42,854 nucleotides of DNA from Tubiluchus corallicola (lineage: Eukaryota; Animalia; Priapulida), in contig JAQGDQ010001393.1 of assembly GCA_030141605.1 (NCBI GenBank), forward strand, positions 1-42,854. The letters run 5' to 3'. Made by a program: the position numbers and the translations under genes. Positions 12,401 to 23,490 of the stretch are shown here, piece by piece. Position 1 is the first letter of the stretch. Each line of letters begins with the position of its first letter. The notes below the pieces were generated by a model, which made no database searches, was not told the origin of the DNA, and worked only from the letters and a program-made list of their open reading frames with translations.

Positions 12401-15400
12401 CCCGATTATTAACTAAGCTTATGTTCCAAACCAGGCTCCATTCGTCTGAAACTCCATCATAGGAAGCTCGTTTATTTTCTAACAGCGTCTTAGAAAAACG
12501 AGAAGTTGTATTTTACTTATTAGCGATAAAACATTAGAACATTATACTTGAATAATAAAAGCATAATTTGTTCTCATAATTATTTGCTAAAATAACTATC
12601 TCTTATATTTTTTACTGAAAACATTCATTACCTACGCTCTTTTAATTACCGTTTTTTCTTTAAAACAGCTACGTAGCTTCTCCGTTGAAAGTTCCAAGTA
12701 GTTGCAGTTACATGGCTTCCACTTGGCTTCTCGCCAGTCACATGTTCTCATTTGTTCGCACATTTCACAAGGTACAACCCACATTCCTGTGTAATGAAGA
12801 AAGGGTTTAATACAAAAAACTGATTATTTCTATACCATGTTTACATGATTCTTACAGTTCAATGATAAATAATATCTGTACTGTAAATAATATTGGCGAT
12901 GGTGTATATGGCAAACGTGTTTATAGGAAATGGTAAGATTAGGAAATATTTTTCCTGAAAGTATTCTGGGGTAGCAAAAATGAAGCAGCGAAATACACTG
13001 TCATATTACAGCCTTCTTACATTTAAAGTATTTACTGCTCACCTGAAGCGTATCCATTTTTACAAAGTGGCAAGGACCTTCGCTTTCTCAGCATATGTTC
13101 CCAGCTCTGATATGGCGATTTGAACAAGTCACATGGTTTTTCAGGATCCAGTTCTGTTAGACAATCCTACAGAGCGACTGAAATATCTTAGCATGTGCAA
13201 AAACAAGCAAAAATTGGCAGCGAAGACGGTAGAAGTAACTTTGAATACGACTACAACAGTACCAATGTAAAATTTTTATAGTGGGTTAGCGCAAGACCTC
13301 GGGTATCACAACTGCTACTTCCATATTCACTATTATCGTCAGTCGACACTGTCATAATCATCTAAATCACCATCATTATCATAATAATCACTACCGTCAT
13401 CATTGCTGTCATCGTCGTCGTCATCACTATTAATGGCATCAGCATTATCATAATTATTGCCGTTGTCGTATTCAACCTGACTGCAACGTCGCAATTATGG
13501 TAATCGTCTTTACCATTATCATAAACATTATAACATAAACATATAGGTTTGCATGATGTAGTAAAAAAACAGCAGTTGACCCGACACAGGTAGCTGCAAA
13601 GAAAATAGGAGTCTAAACTGTTCTTTACCTGAACTAAACTGCAGGTGACATGTGGATTTGATAATTTAAAAGCTTCCATATCTTCGGGAGTTGCTGTATT
13701 CCTTCTAACCATCAATGTATAATTCTGAATGATGATGTTTGTACTTCTGATTCTTAGTTCCATCGTAATATTCCATACGTCAACACCAAATGGCATAACG
13801 TAGGGTCTAAAATACAAAATTGATTCAAAAAAAATTGCGGAAAATTTTCTAAAGTGAGACCTTCAAAACCGAAAACCATGTCATTTATCCAAAAGTGTTA
13901 CAGAATTCGGTTATTATAATCACTGATATGCCGAAATAAATCAAAAATTAAAAACATGCAAAGACCATCATTTTATTTAAAAATGACAACTGGCCGCAGC
14001 AAAAATGTGTACTGTACCGGATTAGTACAGACAAAATCGAAGTGAATCACAAGCCATAACCTGTGCACCAGTTACCATAGGAGTAGAAAGGAAATCACAT
14101 TCCAGTCACTTACTGAATAAATTTAGTAAATTTTACCTTGTCACGTCTGCTTTATTATATATGACTTGGGTCTCGCAATTCCACGGCGTGGCCCAAAACG
14201 TGTATTGAATCGAGTAGTAATCAAGATTCACCTCATACAGATAAACATGTGGATCAAACTCAGGTAAAAACTTCAAGGGTGGTGGAACAAAATCAATGCG
14301 TCTGAGGAACGGAAAAGTGGATGGATCTGTAAAATTACAAAAACTCATTTACGCAAGTTTGCAATTCGATAATCTTTAATGGAATTTTAGTGTAATGCTT
14401 GAATAAGCCTGGATATGAGTGACGAAAGTAAACAAATAAATAAACAAATTGACAAACAATCAACAAGAGATTGACATCTGATATAAAAAATGTTGTTAAT
14501 ATCAGAATAAGTACTAGTATTCTTTAGTATACTAGAGTACAACGAATGACGCTAACTACTTTACAGATAATTTTTAAAGTCCTTTTTCTTAATTTAGTTA
14601 AAAATTATGTTATTTAGTATTATTAATAAAAAATTGTCTACCATGACTGCAATGCTGCATTAGCGTTCTGTTTAGTTGAGTTCGTGACTTTTTTTTGTCT
14701 TGTGACAGGAACGACTGCCTCATTAACACTTCATTATCTGTAAAAATAAGGATTTACTCATAAACAAAAAAATAGCAACAAATGAACGACTCATATATTA
14801 CTTTTACATTTTTACAACCTATTAGTGCTTGCTAGGATATTCTTGCAGTCGACATAATTGCATATTTTTTCATTGCACTTTTTCATTTTCATTCGTTATT
14901 TTATTATTTAGCTACATGTATCTGCGCCAAATTTTAAAAGTTATACAGCATTTAATTGAACAGGATCCTTTCAAGTTTCGTATTCTAATGACATTTTTAC
15001 GTGATTAGCCGTGATATTTTAAGTGGGATGAAAACCCAATTTTAAAAATTGTGCCGAAATATTAACTAGCAATACGCTTACCTGCTTAAAAGACTTACGT
15101 AACTTGAAAACAAAATTCATTGGGCCAACTGGTAAAGTGTGGTTAACTCAACTTCCATTTTGCACTGCAGACTCACCAAAAATTGTGTTTTTAATCTTAA
15201 TAACAAGATGCACAAACTAACAATTTTGCTTAGTTAGTGAAGTGTACTACGAATGCTCTGATTAATTTTTCAAACTTCACGCAATTTTGTTTAAACTTGT
15301 TTCATTATGATCTACCGTCATACCGGTTGCATCTAACGGTTATCGGGAGAGATTAAATTTTAAAGTTTTATACATTGTTGTTGCAAGAAGTGTGCGCAGT

Positions 15401-15658
15401 AAGACAGATGCAAGTGTTACAAAATTTCAATGCAAATGTTAAAGTTCTATTCATAAAGTTTTTTCTGAATAGTCATTAATTGGCTCACATATTTTTGCAT
15501 CATTATGTTATTATGGCCAAGTTTTAGGGATTCTAAAGTATGTGCAGATAAGTTCAAAACTTACCTGTTAATTCCTTGTTATACAAGAGTATTAGGCCAG
15601 GTACCACAAATAAACTGAAACACGACGTAACAATTATTGCTATTTTCTGCTTGTCCAT
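1821..15658 (-). CDS. CPED1: Cadherin-like and PC-esterase domain-containing protein (CPED1-like), 11 coding exons, 493 aa, type II membrane protein
   Basis: Hand-spliced exons 15658-15565, 14737-14642, 14326-14137, 13806-13629, 13166-13043, 12786-12650, 6791-6580, 6291-6193, 3095-2996, 2438-2283, 1916-1821. All introns GT-AG, phases match, total 1482 nt = 494 codons with stop. Motifs colinear with the C-terminal half of vertebrate CPED1 as I recall it: PEFDP..Y, CSLVQDC, GMWVVPCEMC..RTCDWREAKWKPCNC, LLFLGDST, TILIFGGAYW, RENLSDIKLIIK, CHFH, GSVNQAVADIV..IC. Confidence 0.9.
2283..2438 (-). CDS. CPED1: CPED1-like coding exon 10 (CHFH motif)
   Basis: KRPLSMLNKTKELINYVEENFGVHYVDAFHPTMSRFRDYRLGPSQCHFHSFK|gtaagt; phase 0-0. 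Confidence 0.9.
2996..3095 (-). CDS. CPED1: CPED1-like coding exon 9
   Basis: ENLSDIKLIIKGVVGGFLYGKGPASSDTVGINM|gtagtt; phase 2-0. Confidence 0.85.
3342..3732. repeat. Imperfect (GTA/GTG/GCA)n trinucleotide tract
   Basis: Direct reading; source of the poly-V and PL ORFs. Confidence 0.95.
3780..5600 (+). mobile_element. Decayed LINE (RT + C-terminal Cys/His region; RTEX/CR1-group-like), interrupted at 4973-5312
   Basis: KAYDIVNR (~4196), SRGVRQ (~4325), YVYLGS (~4530), AILYGCETW (~4697), LGVRQ, then after the insertion TYLAMNPSL, RLC..G and EEHIVCCC (~5530); stops and frameshifts. Confidence 0.8.
4973..5312 (+). mobile_element. Non-autonomous bipartite RTE-derived retroelement (5' UTR + extreme 3' end) with 12-bp TSD
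   Basis: Flanked by GGAGCTGTCTCT (4961-4972) and GGAGCTATCTCT (5313-5324); GC-rich multi-hairpin head; EDRDTWRDVI...* (5226-5279) matches the DR..WR C-terminus of RTE ORFs; short tandem tail GGTAAGAA-GGTGAGAA. Confidence 0.75.
5855..6158. repeat. Imperfect (GTA/GTG/GCA)n trinucleotide tract
   Basis: Direct reading; same motif and strand as 3342-3732. Confidence 0.95.
6193..6291 (-). CDS. CPED1: CPED1-like coding exon 8
   Basis: VKLKSGKQTILIFGGAYWTDVTNVELLRSMLKR; phase 2-2. Confidence 0.88.
6580..6791 (-). CDS. CPED1: CPED1-like coding exon 7 (GDS nucleophile motif)
   Basis: ttcag|LLFLGDSTLRSVFHDILQ...IDKAFYSLIN; donor AA|gtgtgt chosen because the next exon needs phase 2. Confidence 0.88.
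6888..7025 (+). mobile_element. Old diverged 5' fragment of the Helitron family
   Basis: A|TCTACTTTAATATTAAT...AAGCTACAGCTCCAACGGCG...ATATCAAAGGAAAGGTCTTAATCTAGTGTCATG aligns by eye with 34540-34680. Confidence 0.65.
7200..8080 (+). mobile_element. Decayed LINE 3' part
   Basis: LLLHAETF (~7265, cf. LLYAETW), EKGLRQL, YDPECTL (~7876, zinc-knuckle-like); highly degenerate. Confidence 0.4.
9121..9547. mobile_element. GC-rich MITE-like insertion containing a (GA)n microsatellite (~9360-9443)
   Basis: Starts CAGGG + G-run, ends C-run + GAAATAGGCCCTG (degenerate inverted ends); no convincing TSD. Confidence 0.45.
9790..10330 (+). mobile_element. Decayed LINE APE-endonuclease fragment
   Basis: NVIGVQET (~9857), AYSP (~10040), LALGDFYAR (~10117), TIDNIWIT (~10272). 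Confidence 0.6.
10740..12480 (+). mobile_element. Decayed LINE reverse transcriptase (I/Jockey-group-like)
   Basis: ANVIFIKKPG (~11658), FDNV..EGLIWKL (~11918), MPQGSVLSPILF (12065), YADD (12152-12163); many stops. Confidence 0.8.
12650..12786 (-). CDS. CPED1: CPED1-like coding exon 6
   Basis: GMWVVPCEMCEQMRTCDWREAKWKPCNCNYLELSTEKLRSCFKEKT|gtaatt; phase 1-0. Confidence 0.92.
13043..13166 (-). CDS. CPED1: CPED1-like coding exon 5
   Basis: DCLTELDPEKPCDL...LPLCKNGYAS G|gtgagc; phase 0-1. Confidence 0.88.
13330..13470. repeat. Imperfect (CAT/CGT)n low-complexity tract in CPED1-like intron
   Basis: Direct reading. Confidence 0.75.
13629..13806 (-). CDS. CPED1: CPED1-like coding exon 4
   Basis: RPYVMPFGVDVWNI...YTLMVRR...TCSLVQ|gtaaag; phase 2-0. 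Confidence 0.88.
14137..14326 (-). CDS. CPED1: CPED1-like coding exon 3 (cadherin-like beta sandwich)
   Basis: DPSTFPFLRRIDFVPPPLKFLPEFDPHVYLYEVNLDYYSIQYTFWATPWNCE...; phase 1-2. Confidence 0.88.
14642..14737 (-). CDS. CPED1: CPED1-like coding exon 2 (stem)
   Basis: tttttacag| (D)NEVLMRQSFLSQDKKKSRTQLNRTLMQHCSH |gtagac; phase 1-1. Confidence 0.75.
15565..15658 (-). CDS. CPED1: CPED1-like coding exon 1 (start + signal anchor)
   Basis: accATGg context; MDKQKIAIIVTSCFSLFVVPGLILLYNKELT; donor G|gtaagt; an AG acceptor 5 nt upstream implies a further 5' exon. Confidence 0.75.
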
Positions 15659-16779
15659 GGTATCTAAAAAACCATCAGAAATTATCATTTCTGTTGTAAA
15701 GTCTTTGCTTGCGCTTGATAATTAATTATTGTCATCATTATTTAATAGCGACAAATAAAAAGAAATTCATCAAAATGTTGTGTTATCGAAAGTTTGCTGC
15801 CCTGAAGAAACATGATTAATATTTTTGACTGGTGAAATCCATTAAAACAAACAATCGTGACGCGTTTTAGCTGGTTTTATATAGCACCTATTCCGAAAAC
15901 TGAAGAAAACTGAAGGTTGATGAAACGGTTTGATCGCATTACACTCCGTTACTGTGGTAGCGGTAATGCCTTTTCGGGTTTTTATCCGTAAGCGCTAGCG
16001 TCGAGAATCTAGGAGACACCTAAGCTAATTTTTTTTGTATCATTCCATTTTTCCACTTTCATTTCATATTATCACACAAACGCAGACTGTTATGGTCAGG
16101 AAATTTGCAATGCAGATGCTTGGAGGTGAGGTGACTTAAAGTGGTATGATGAACTGTGACCTCAAGCAAAGGATGTATGACAATGGATTTCAATCAGTTT
16201 TGTTTGTCATTTAATTCATCCTAGTCCTGTATTCAGTTTTTCATAGGTATTTAAATGCTGTATTTGCATAAGTATTTGCAACCACACGAGACATATAAAT
16301 TACGATCACCGCGTTACGCTCGTGAATTTGAATGTTATTTTGTTCAACTATGCATTATAAAACTGCAAGGAACAAAATTTTTGTGGTACCTCTACCCACT
16401 GAAATTTCTAGTAGCAGGCAAACAAATCATTAAATTCCTCATATTATTTGAAGACGCATGAATATGCTCTCTGGCTGTGCACCTAATATTAGAACAGATG
16501 TAAGAGCTTATTATTATAGATATATTACTTAAGAAGTTATTTTTATGCAAAATAACTATGCTAGAGCAGTGATGAATCAAGTTCTCATCATAGTCCTGGG
16601 GCAATTGTACACAATAACTAAGATTCTGGCATCTCATGTTAATTTTGTTACTCAGTGGTTTTAAGATCTTGTGGGTCTGTAGTTTCTACAAAATAGGGTG
16701 CATTTTTTTTCAAATCAAGATCATTAAAAATAAATTGAGACACTACATGTAAAATACACGGATTCAGGTTATTTAAAGT

Positions 16780-17760
16780 AGTCTTATTCAAATACCAAAT
16801 AGAAGACAACTGCACTGAATGACCCTGCATTGTAGCAAGGTATAATATTTTGAAGGTCAGGCTAATTATAAAGCGGCTGCTTGTGTTGATGGTAGATTGT
16901 TTGCTTCTGCCCGAGATGTTGAAAACAGTTTCCGTGGGTGGATCGATAAATCAGTTGATTTGGACTCCTTTTTCCTGAACAAAAGGCAAACAAATTCGTC
17001 AACTCTCTCACAAATATTTGCCTCTAAAGGTAAGTCTAGTGGCTTCCCGAATTGCACCTTTCATCTTCTTTGTGGCTTTGAGCAAGAGGTTCCAACACGC
17101 TAGCTTTCTGCTGGAAACTGCCACACCTGTCACACCCTGTGAATGTATGGAAACTAGGCAAGCCAGAAGTTAGATATGGTCCAAGCAGCATATATTGGTT
17201 AAATGCAGATCTGGTGCCACTTATTTACATTACCTCGCAACTTTTGTGGGCACTTTCCAAGATATCAGCTTCTTGAAACTGCAAGAATAAACACATCAAT
17301 ATATCTACCTTCTTTCTTCGTTTCATTGCATCAAGTTTGGGAAGGATCAGAATGGTATCTGCTTCTTTTTGGAAGGAGGAAAGATGTTCCAGTTGGCTAC
17401 ATTTGCAGTTGGCTACATTTGCAGCTATTGGTTTTTCCTTGTGCTTGAATTTTTCTAACAACCTGAAAGAAAGGTAGAGAATCAAACTGTGCTTTGCCTT
17501 TGTGTTGAATATGAATTTTAGTTATCTTGATGTGATTGGTGCTTTGTCTGAACATAACATGGAATCGTCCATCTTCTCCTATTTTCAGCGATCTTTTGTA
17601 ATTTTCAGTCATTTCTCAATGCCATAGTGGTCACAAATATGATAATGTGATTCAGTGTAACATTTGATATATGCCTATATAGCTTCTTCAAATTCATTTG
17701 CAAATTGATGACGTCTTCACTGGTCTTGTATTAAACTGATGTACGAGAGCCGCTGAAACA
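16780..17760 (-). mobile_element. Decayed Academ(X)-like DNA transposon fragment (XPG/PIN-like nuclease region)
   Basis: QKEADTILIL (cf. HEEADTRLILH), FHTFTGCD (17152-17129), EFVCLLF, NLPSTQAAAL (cf. LPPT..AL); frameshifts and stops. Confidence 0.65.
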
Positions 17761-17789
17761 ATTATAAACACTCACTTTTCTTGTTCATT

Positions 17790-18575
17790 GAGATTGACAT
17801 TTTCAAAGCCCCCATGTTCTTCATGTATCATCTTAGTGGGAAGGTAAAATTATCACAGAGAAAGATAATCATAACTTTGGCGGAATTGACATTGACAAGA
17901 AGCGTGTTCGAGTATTCTCCATTTTATAGACAAACCTTGTTAAAAATCACAAGTATACCTTCCACAAATATACCTGCTGTGCTGAAATTCCTTTTCATTA
18001 TAAATCAACCACGTTATAGTGCCGGTCCAAGTAGTAAAGTTGTTTATAAGCAAGTTTTAATTTTCTACTGTGTGTTGTGTTTAATCATCTTCATTTTAAA
18101 CTTGTTACCAGATGGGTGGCTACAGTGAGCCTGTCGATAAGCAGATTAAGGAAAGGGTGCTAGAACTGCTAGCTAGTGGTGTAACAAACAGAAGGAATCT
18201 AGAGTCGTGTCTTAAAGAATACGTAGCTAACACTTTATTGTATGGGCAAGACCCACCTTGAACAAAGCAGGTATATTATTCACTCACTCAGCATTCACCA
18301 ATGATATTGAAAAATAGATAAAATATTAAGATTATATATTTACTGCATGATCTGTAATACTGGTATATCTTGATACAAACCCGAACTCAGCCTTAACACG
18401 GGCTGTAAAGATGTGACTGAGCCAACATCAACGGAACTGGTGATGCAAGACGATGGTTTGAAGTTAGAGTCTGAAAGTGCTTGTCCTGCACAAAAGAAAG
18501 CAAGGCTTGACCACAGCTTACCTGTTCCACTGCCAATGCACAAGTCCAAGCATCCAGCTTCAGGACGAATGTAAC
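17790..18575 (+). pseudogene. Decayed CaRF-like / transposon-associated protein fragment
   Basis: After an AG at ~18110: MGGYSEPVDKQIKERVLELLASGVTNRRNLESCLKEYVANTLLYGQDPP*; later LPMHKSKHPASGR. Resembles CaRF-like domains from memory; in-frame stop. Confidence 0.45.
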
Positions 18576-19029
18576 TCACATTTTTAAAGTTTTTTGGTTT
18601 ATATACTATTGCTTTTCACTGTTTACTAATATTGTAGATGATAGAGTTATCTTAACCAGCAATTAATAAATGTGCTATCTCAGTCAGGATTTTATAAAAA
18701 CCAGCAAAACCGCACAAATCGCATCTGCTCAATGTTTGAAAATACGGTCTCAATGACTACAATTTCCATTTACCTTTACAAAGAGTACATTTAATACAGA
18801 ATTTTAAACCAATTACATTAATTAATTAGCACTCGGCAGCTTTTAAAATCAATATTTAGCTTAAGCGGATGTTTAACATTGTTCTTTGTTATAGTGAAAA
18901 TTGCAACCATATCAGTTTTCCACATCAGTAACACAGCTCATGAATTCCAATAATGATAAGTCGATGCTTGCAGCTTGTCAATGTCTACTTATGTTTTATG
19001 TACAGTAAAAATAAATTTCCTCTCTCAAC

Positions 19030-19200
19030 ACACTTTAGTTTCAAGGTTGTCCAATTTTGTCAATGGATGTTCTTGTTGGCAACATGTCCACTATTTCATG
19101 CTGCTCTTCCTTCCGTAGAGTTAAATGACTGATACCACCGAAGCCATGTGAGTGGACCACGTTGTATATTACTTTTGTTCCTAAAAAATGTTACTACTAA

Positions 19201-19245
<45 letters not shown>

Positions 19246-19820
19246 TATAATAATTATAATAAACAAAGCTAATATCAATGAACCTATATAGCAAATTAAA
19301 TAAATAATATGAGTTTCCTTATTCAGTTTTCATATGTAAAAAATACTTTGCACTTTCAACAGAAAGGTAGACAGTACTACCATATTTAGCTCATAGCCAC
19401 TAGAAACTGCTGATAACTTGAAGGCATCTATAGTTTTAGCTATGCAAAATTTATTAAAACAAAATTAACGAATGCATCCATAATCGAAAGTAAGTAAAGA
19501 ATCACTAACTCACAATTTAGTGAACAGCATTCCCAACTGACATTTGCAAAACTCAGTTTCTATTTGTCAGAAAAATTGTCAACTAGTTTACAGCTACAAT
19601 TTCTTACCCTTTTTATTTGTCTTGCAGAGCATTTAAATCTTTGCCTCATTGGTCCTTGTACTTTCAGCCGCTGCTTGTTTTATCTAAGTCCTTTCTATAC
19701 ACCACTCCTGTGGCACTGACAATAGTCCTCTTTCGTATTTTGGTTTGACAATAGCCAGAATCCTTCACGTATCTACAACTGTTTTCATCTTCAGCATGCT
19801 TCCACTGCAGAAAACCTGTA
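19030..19820 (-). mobile_element. Decayed MULE/SWIM-type transposase N-terminal exons
   Basis: acag|..FLQWKHAEDENSCRYVKDSG, CHRSG, KVQG, CSA..|gtaag (19815-19605); VIYNVVHSHGFGGISHLTLRKEEQHEIVDML...IDKI (19175-19050). Confidence 0.6.
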
Positions 19821-19949
19821 AATCATTAATAGCTTGATAATAATTAATTTTTGTTTAATTCTTTTATTCAGTTTGTTGTTTTTGTCTTTAAGTTACCTAG
19901 TTAGCTATCCTTTAGTGGGCATAAATGTGATTATTAGACACTGGTGATT

Positions 19950-22900
19950 TTCTTTTTCTTCTTATTTATTTATTATTATTATTATCACATTCAGTACAAT
20001 ATAATGACATCAAAATTATTACATCATACTGTATTAAATTGTTATGTTTCATACACTATCATTATCATAAAAGAATAATTGTACTGCAGTGGGCTAGAGA
20101 AGCAAAGGCTTGTATAAGCCCACTGTCATTTGAACCCGATAAAAAAAGAATCAATGCGTGAACAAAAAAAAAAGAACTGGGAGAAAGGTTAGACCACACA
20201 GGAAGGGTAGAAGGATGCGTTAGTGGAAACGGTAGCAAGAAACATAATACAATGTGCTATGTTGACATCAGCTCTAAAGATTTATCAATGATGCCTTATA
20301 TTGCACAATCTGTACCAGGATTGTGGTATGACTGCTGCAGTAGGTGTGGGCAATTAAGAAGTGTTGTACTTGTTGAGCATCATTGCTCTGTATTTCTTTT
20401 TAAATTTTTGAATTGGCTGAACAGTTTTTAATTCATAATTTATGTCATTCCAAAGCCTTGGACCAACATTTGCAATGAATAGTCGTCTCTCGTCTGTTTT
20501 ACAGAAATTTACAACAACTTCATTCATTCTGGTTGCATATCGCGGATTATTTGGTTGGACTGGATTATTAAAGAATGTTGGAAAGAGATTATTTTTAGTT
20601 TTATACATGTATGTAGCTGTATTCATGTGTATTAAATCGTCAACAGTTAAAATTTTATTAGTTTTAAAACATGATAAACTAGGATGTTCTCTTTTTCTAA
20701 AATTGCAGGTGATTCTAAGGAATTTTCTTTGGATAACGCATAATCTATTTATATTAGTTGTATATGTGTGTCCCCAAAGGAGACAACAGTATGTGAGGTA
20801 TGGTAATATTAAACAACTGTATAAGGTTATTAGATGTAAGTTAGTAAAGCAATTTTTTAACCTACATATGACACCTATACTTTTTGAAATTTTACTTTTA
20901 ATCATGTCTATGTGTGGGTTCCAATCCATGTGCTCATTTAGAATGATTCCCAAAAATTTCATTTCCTGTATGATTTCAATTGGGGAATTATTGATTTTAA
21001 AATCACCATTATTAATTGGAATTTTCTTGTGTCTTGCTCTAAAATTGATACATTTAGTTTCTGTAGAATTTAATGACAACTTATTCGTTTTGAACCAAAT
21101 AGCAATATTTTTTAATTCACGGTTCATGTACACTAAATTATCAACCTTGTTTAATTCAAAGAATATGCTCGTATCATCTGCAAACTGGAACAGATTTGGA
21201 CTATCTAAAGAATATTTTATGTCATTTATATTTATTAAAAATAGCTGTGGACCTAAAATTGAGCCTTGTGGCACCCCATGGGTTATAGAAGCTTCATTTG
21301 AAATTACATTATTATATCGAACCACTTGTGTTCTCCCATGAAGATAGCTAGATATCCATGCGTTTGCTGCCCCTCTAAGATGGTAATGATGTAGTTTTGC
21401 AAGAAGTATTAAGTATTTTATGATTAACTGTGTCAAAGGCCTTAGAGAGGTCACAAAATATCCCTACTGCTACTTTACTTTGTCCAATGCATTCTCTCTA
21501 CAATGTTCATCAAAGCCAATTTGGTTGAACTATTTTTCCGAAAACCAAACTGCTTATTGTTTATTATGTTTTGATGATACAAATACGATAATATTTTATT
21601 GTATACAACTTTTTCCAATATTTTTGAGAAAAGCGGTAACAGCGAGATAGGTCTATAATTATTTACGTCCAGAGAATCCTTGGATTTGAAGATAGGGATA
21701 ATAATTGATTGCTTTAATTTAGAAGGAACAGTGCCAGTTTTAAGTGAATTATTAATTATGTGTGTCAAAGGGGTAATGATACTTTTAATTACATCTATAA
21801 TAACTTTGGGGTGCAAATTATCCCTACCAGCTCCTTTATTTCGATGGAATGACTTGCATGTACTTATAATATCAGATTCCATGACTGGTGTAAAGAAAAA
21901 GGTAGAAGGATAATTTCCTCTTAAATAAGTTTCATGGTTGATATTAACATTTTCTAAATTATCTGCTAATTTTTGTCGAATCTGTGAAAAATGGTCATTA
22001 AAATGATTTGCTATAGATTTAGGATTTGTGATTAACTTATTATTATCTTTTAAACGAATTAAGGACACTTGGCACCTGGAATGCATTATTTTTTCATAAT
22101 TCCCCATGTTTTCTTTAAATTGGCTTTAACATTATTTAACTTATTTTGATAATAAGTCGATTTGCATTTTTAATAACATTATTTAATTTATTGCGATATT
22201 GTTTATAGTCGGCCCCAGCTGCGTCTGAGGTTTGTTTCATTAATGAATTATACATTTTATTTTTGCGCCTGATACTGGTTAATGTGGCTGGAGTTATCCA
22301 AGGATTTTTAATGTCATTAGTTTTCTTGGAAGCATCAGTAGTTTTCATATTTTTAAAGTAGGTTTCATTAAATTTATCCAGAAATAAATTGCAAGCTGCT
22401 TCAGAATCTGAAATACTATATACTTCCTCCCTGTTGTCTGATGCTATATCACTTATTAATTTATTTTTACATGGTTATTGTATATTACTTTGTCGATATT
22501 ATTAGATTTTGCTATGTATAAGTCAATGATTAAGAAGATTGGTAAGTGATCAGTGACATATACTAAGAGATTGCCAGCTCTGTATTGAGGCGGTATAACA
22601 TTTGTTAGAATATTATCAATTAATGTAGAGCTATATGCTGTAATTCGAGTAGGACAAGTAATAATTGGAAAGACATAGTTAGTAAATTAGTATCAAGAAA
22701 CTCTGCCGTGTCTTGATGAGAAGAGTGATTTGATAAGTTCAAATTGTAGTCAATAACAAAAAACTGCTTATTTTGTTTATTTATTATTGATAGTTTAGTA
22801 GTTAACTGTTCAATAAATGCTTGTGAGTTTTGCCCCGGTGGTCAGTAGATCACGCCGACTACTATGTTTTTGCCTTTTACTTTGTGCATTTCGATAAAAA

Positions 22901-23490
22901 TATTTTCAAGGTCAGAGTTGCTTGATGTAAAATCAGTCGTTTCTCACTACTAACGGTATGTCTGATTTAATGAACAACCCCACACCACCCCCCTTTTTAT
23001 TCTTCCTATTTCTATTCACCAGTGTATATCCGGGTAAATTAAACATTTCTGTATCTTCATTTAACCATGTTTCAGTTAACACAATTAGTGAGAATTGAGT
23101 TTGTAACATTTGCAGCAGTACAGTTAAGTGGTCATAATTAGCAGATAAACTTCTTATATTCAGATGGATCATTGATAATTTGTTTCGAAATTTATGCTTG
23201 AAAGCATAGACAAAAATTGCTCATTGTCATAAGTGTATATCAGGATCAATATCCTCTAATGGCAAATTTGCGTTCACACTATTTAGTGTTGATTGGAAAA
23301 GATCTAAATTATACTGATCGTTACAAATTATAGAATCAAGTAGCGAATTTCTTATAACATGATTAAAATCGTCATCGTCAGTTAAATGATTAAATGGGAA
23401 AATTTTCTGGAGACAAACGTGACAAAACCGTTCATCAGTTTCTGCGGCCAAGGCTTCGTAATCATTTACAGTTAAGCAAGTGCATTTCAG
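19950..23490 (-). mobile_element. Near-complete ORF2 of a CR1/L2-group (Crack-like) LINE: PHD remnant, APE endonuclease, RT, 3' UTR and tail; frameshifted
   Basis: LHLKC...FCHVCLQKIFPF; HLNIRSL, LTETWL, GGGVGLF (23172-22933); YRPISLLP, QFGFR (22107-21475); GVPQGSILGP, FADDT, KFLG (21454-20354); 3' stem-loop 20087-20125; (TAA/TAAA)n tail ~19985-19960. Confidence 0.95.

Noticed and set aside
15075-15200. Cluster of minus-strand donor-like sites (GTAAGC, GTAAGT, GTGAGT) in a CPED1-like intron
   Set aside because: The candidate exons I tried contain stops or break the frame; the model closes without them.
15975-16330. Possible Helentron/HINE-like element (TTTTATCCG start, small 3' hairpin)
   Set aside because: Single copy here and no clear subterminal inverted repeats; too weak to call.
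20442-21341. 299-aa ORF antisense to the LINE RT
   Set aside because: No recognisable motifs; explained by the codon bias of the RT frame on the other strand.
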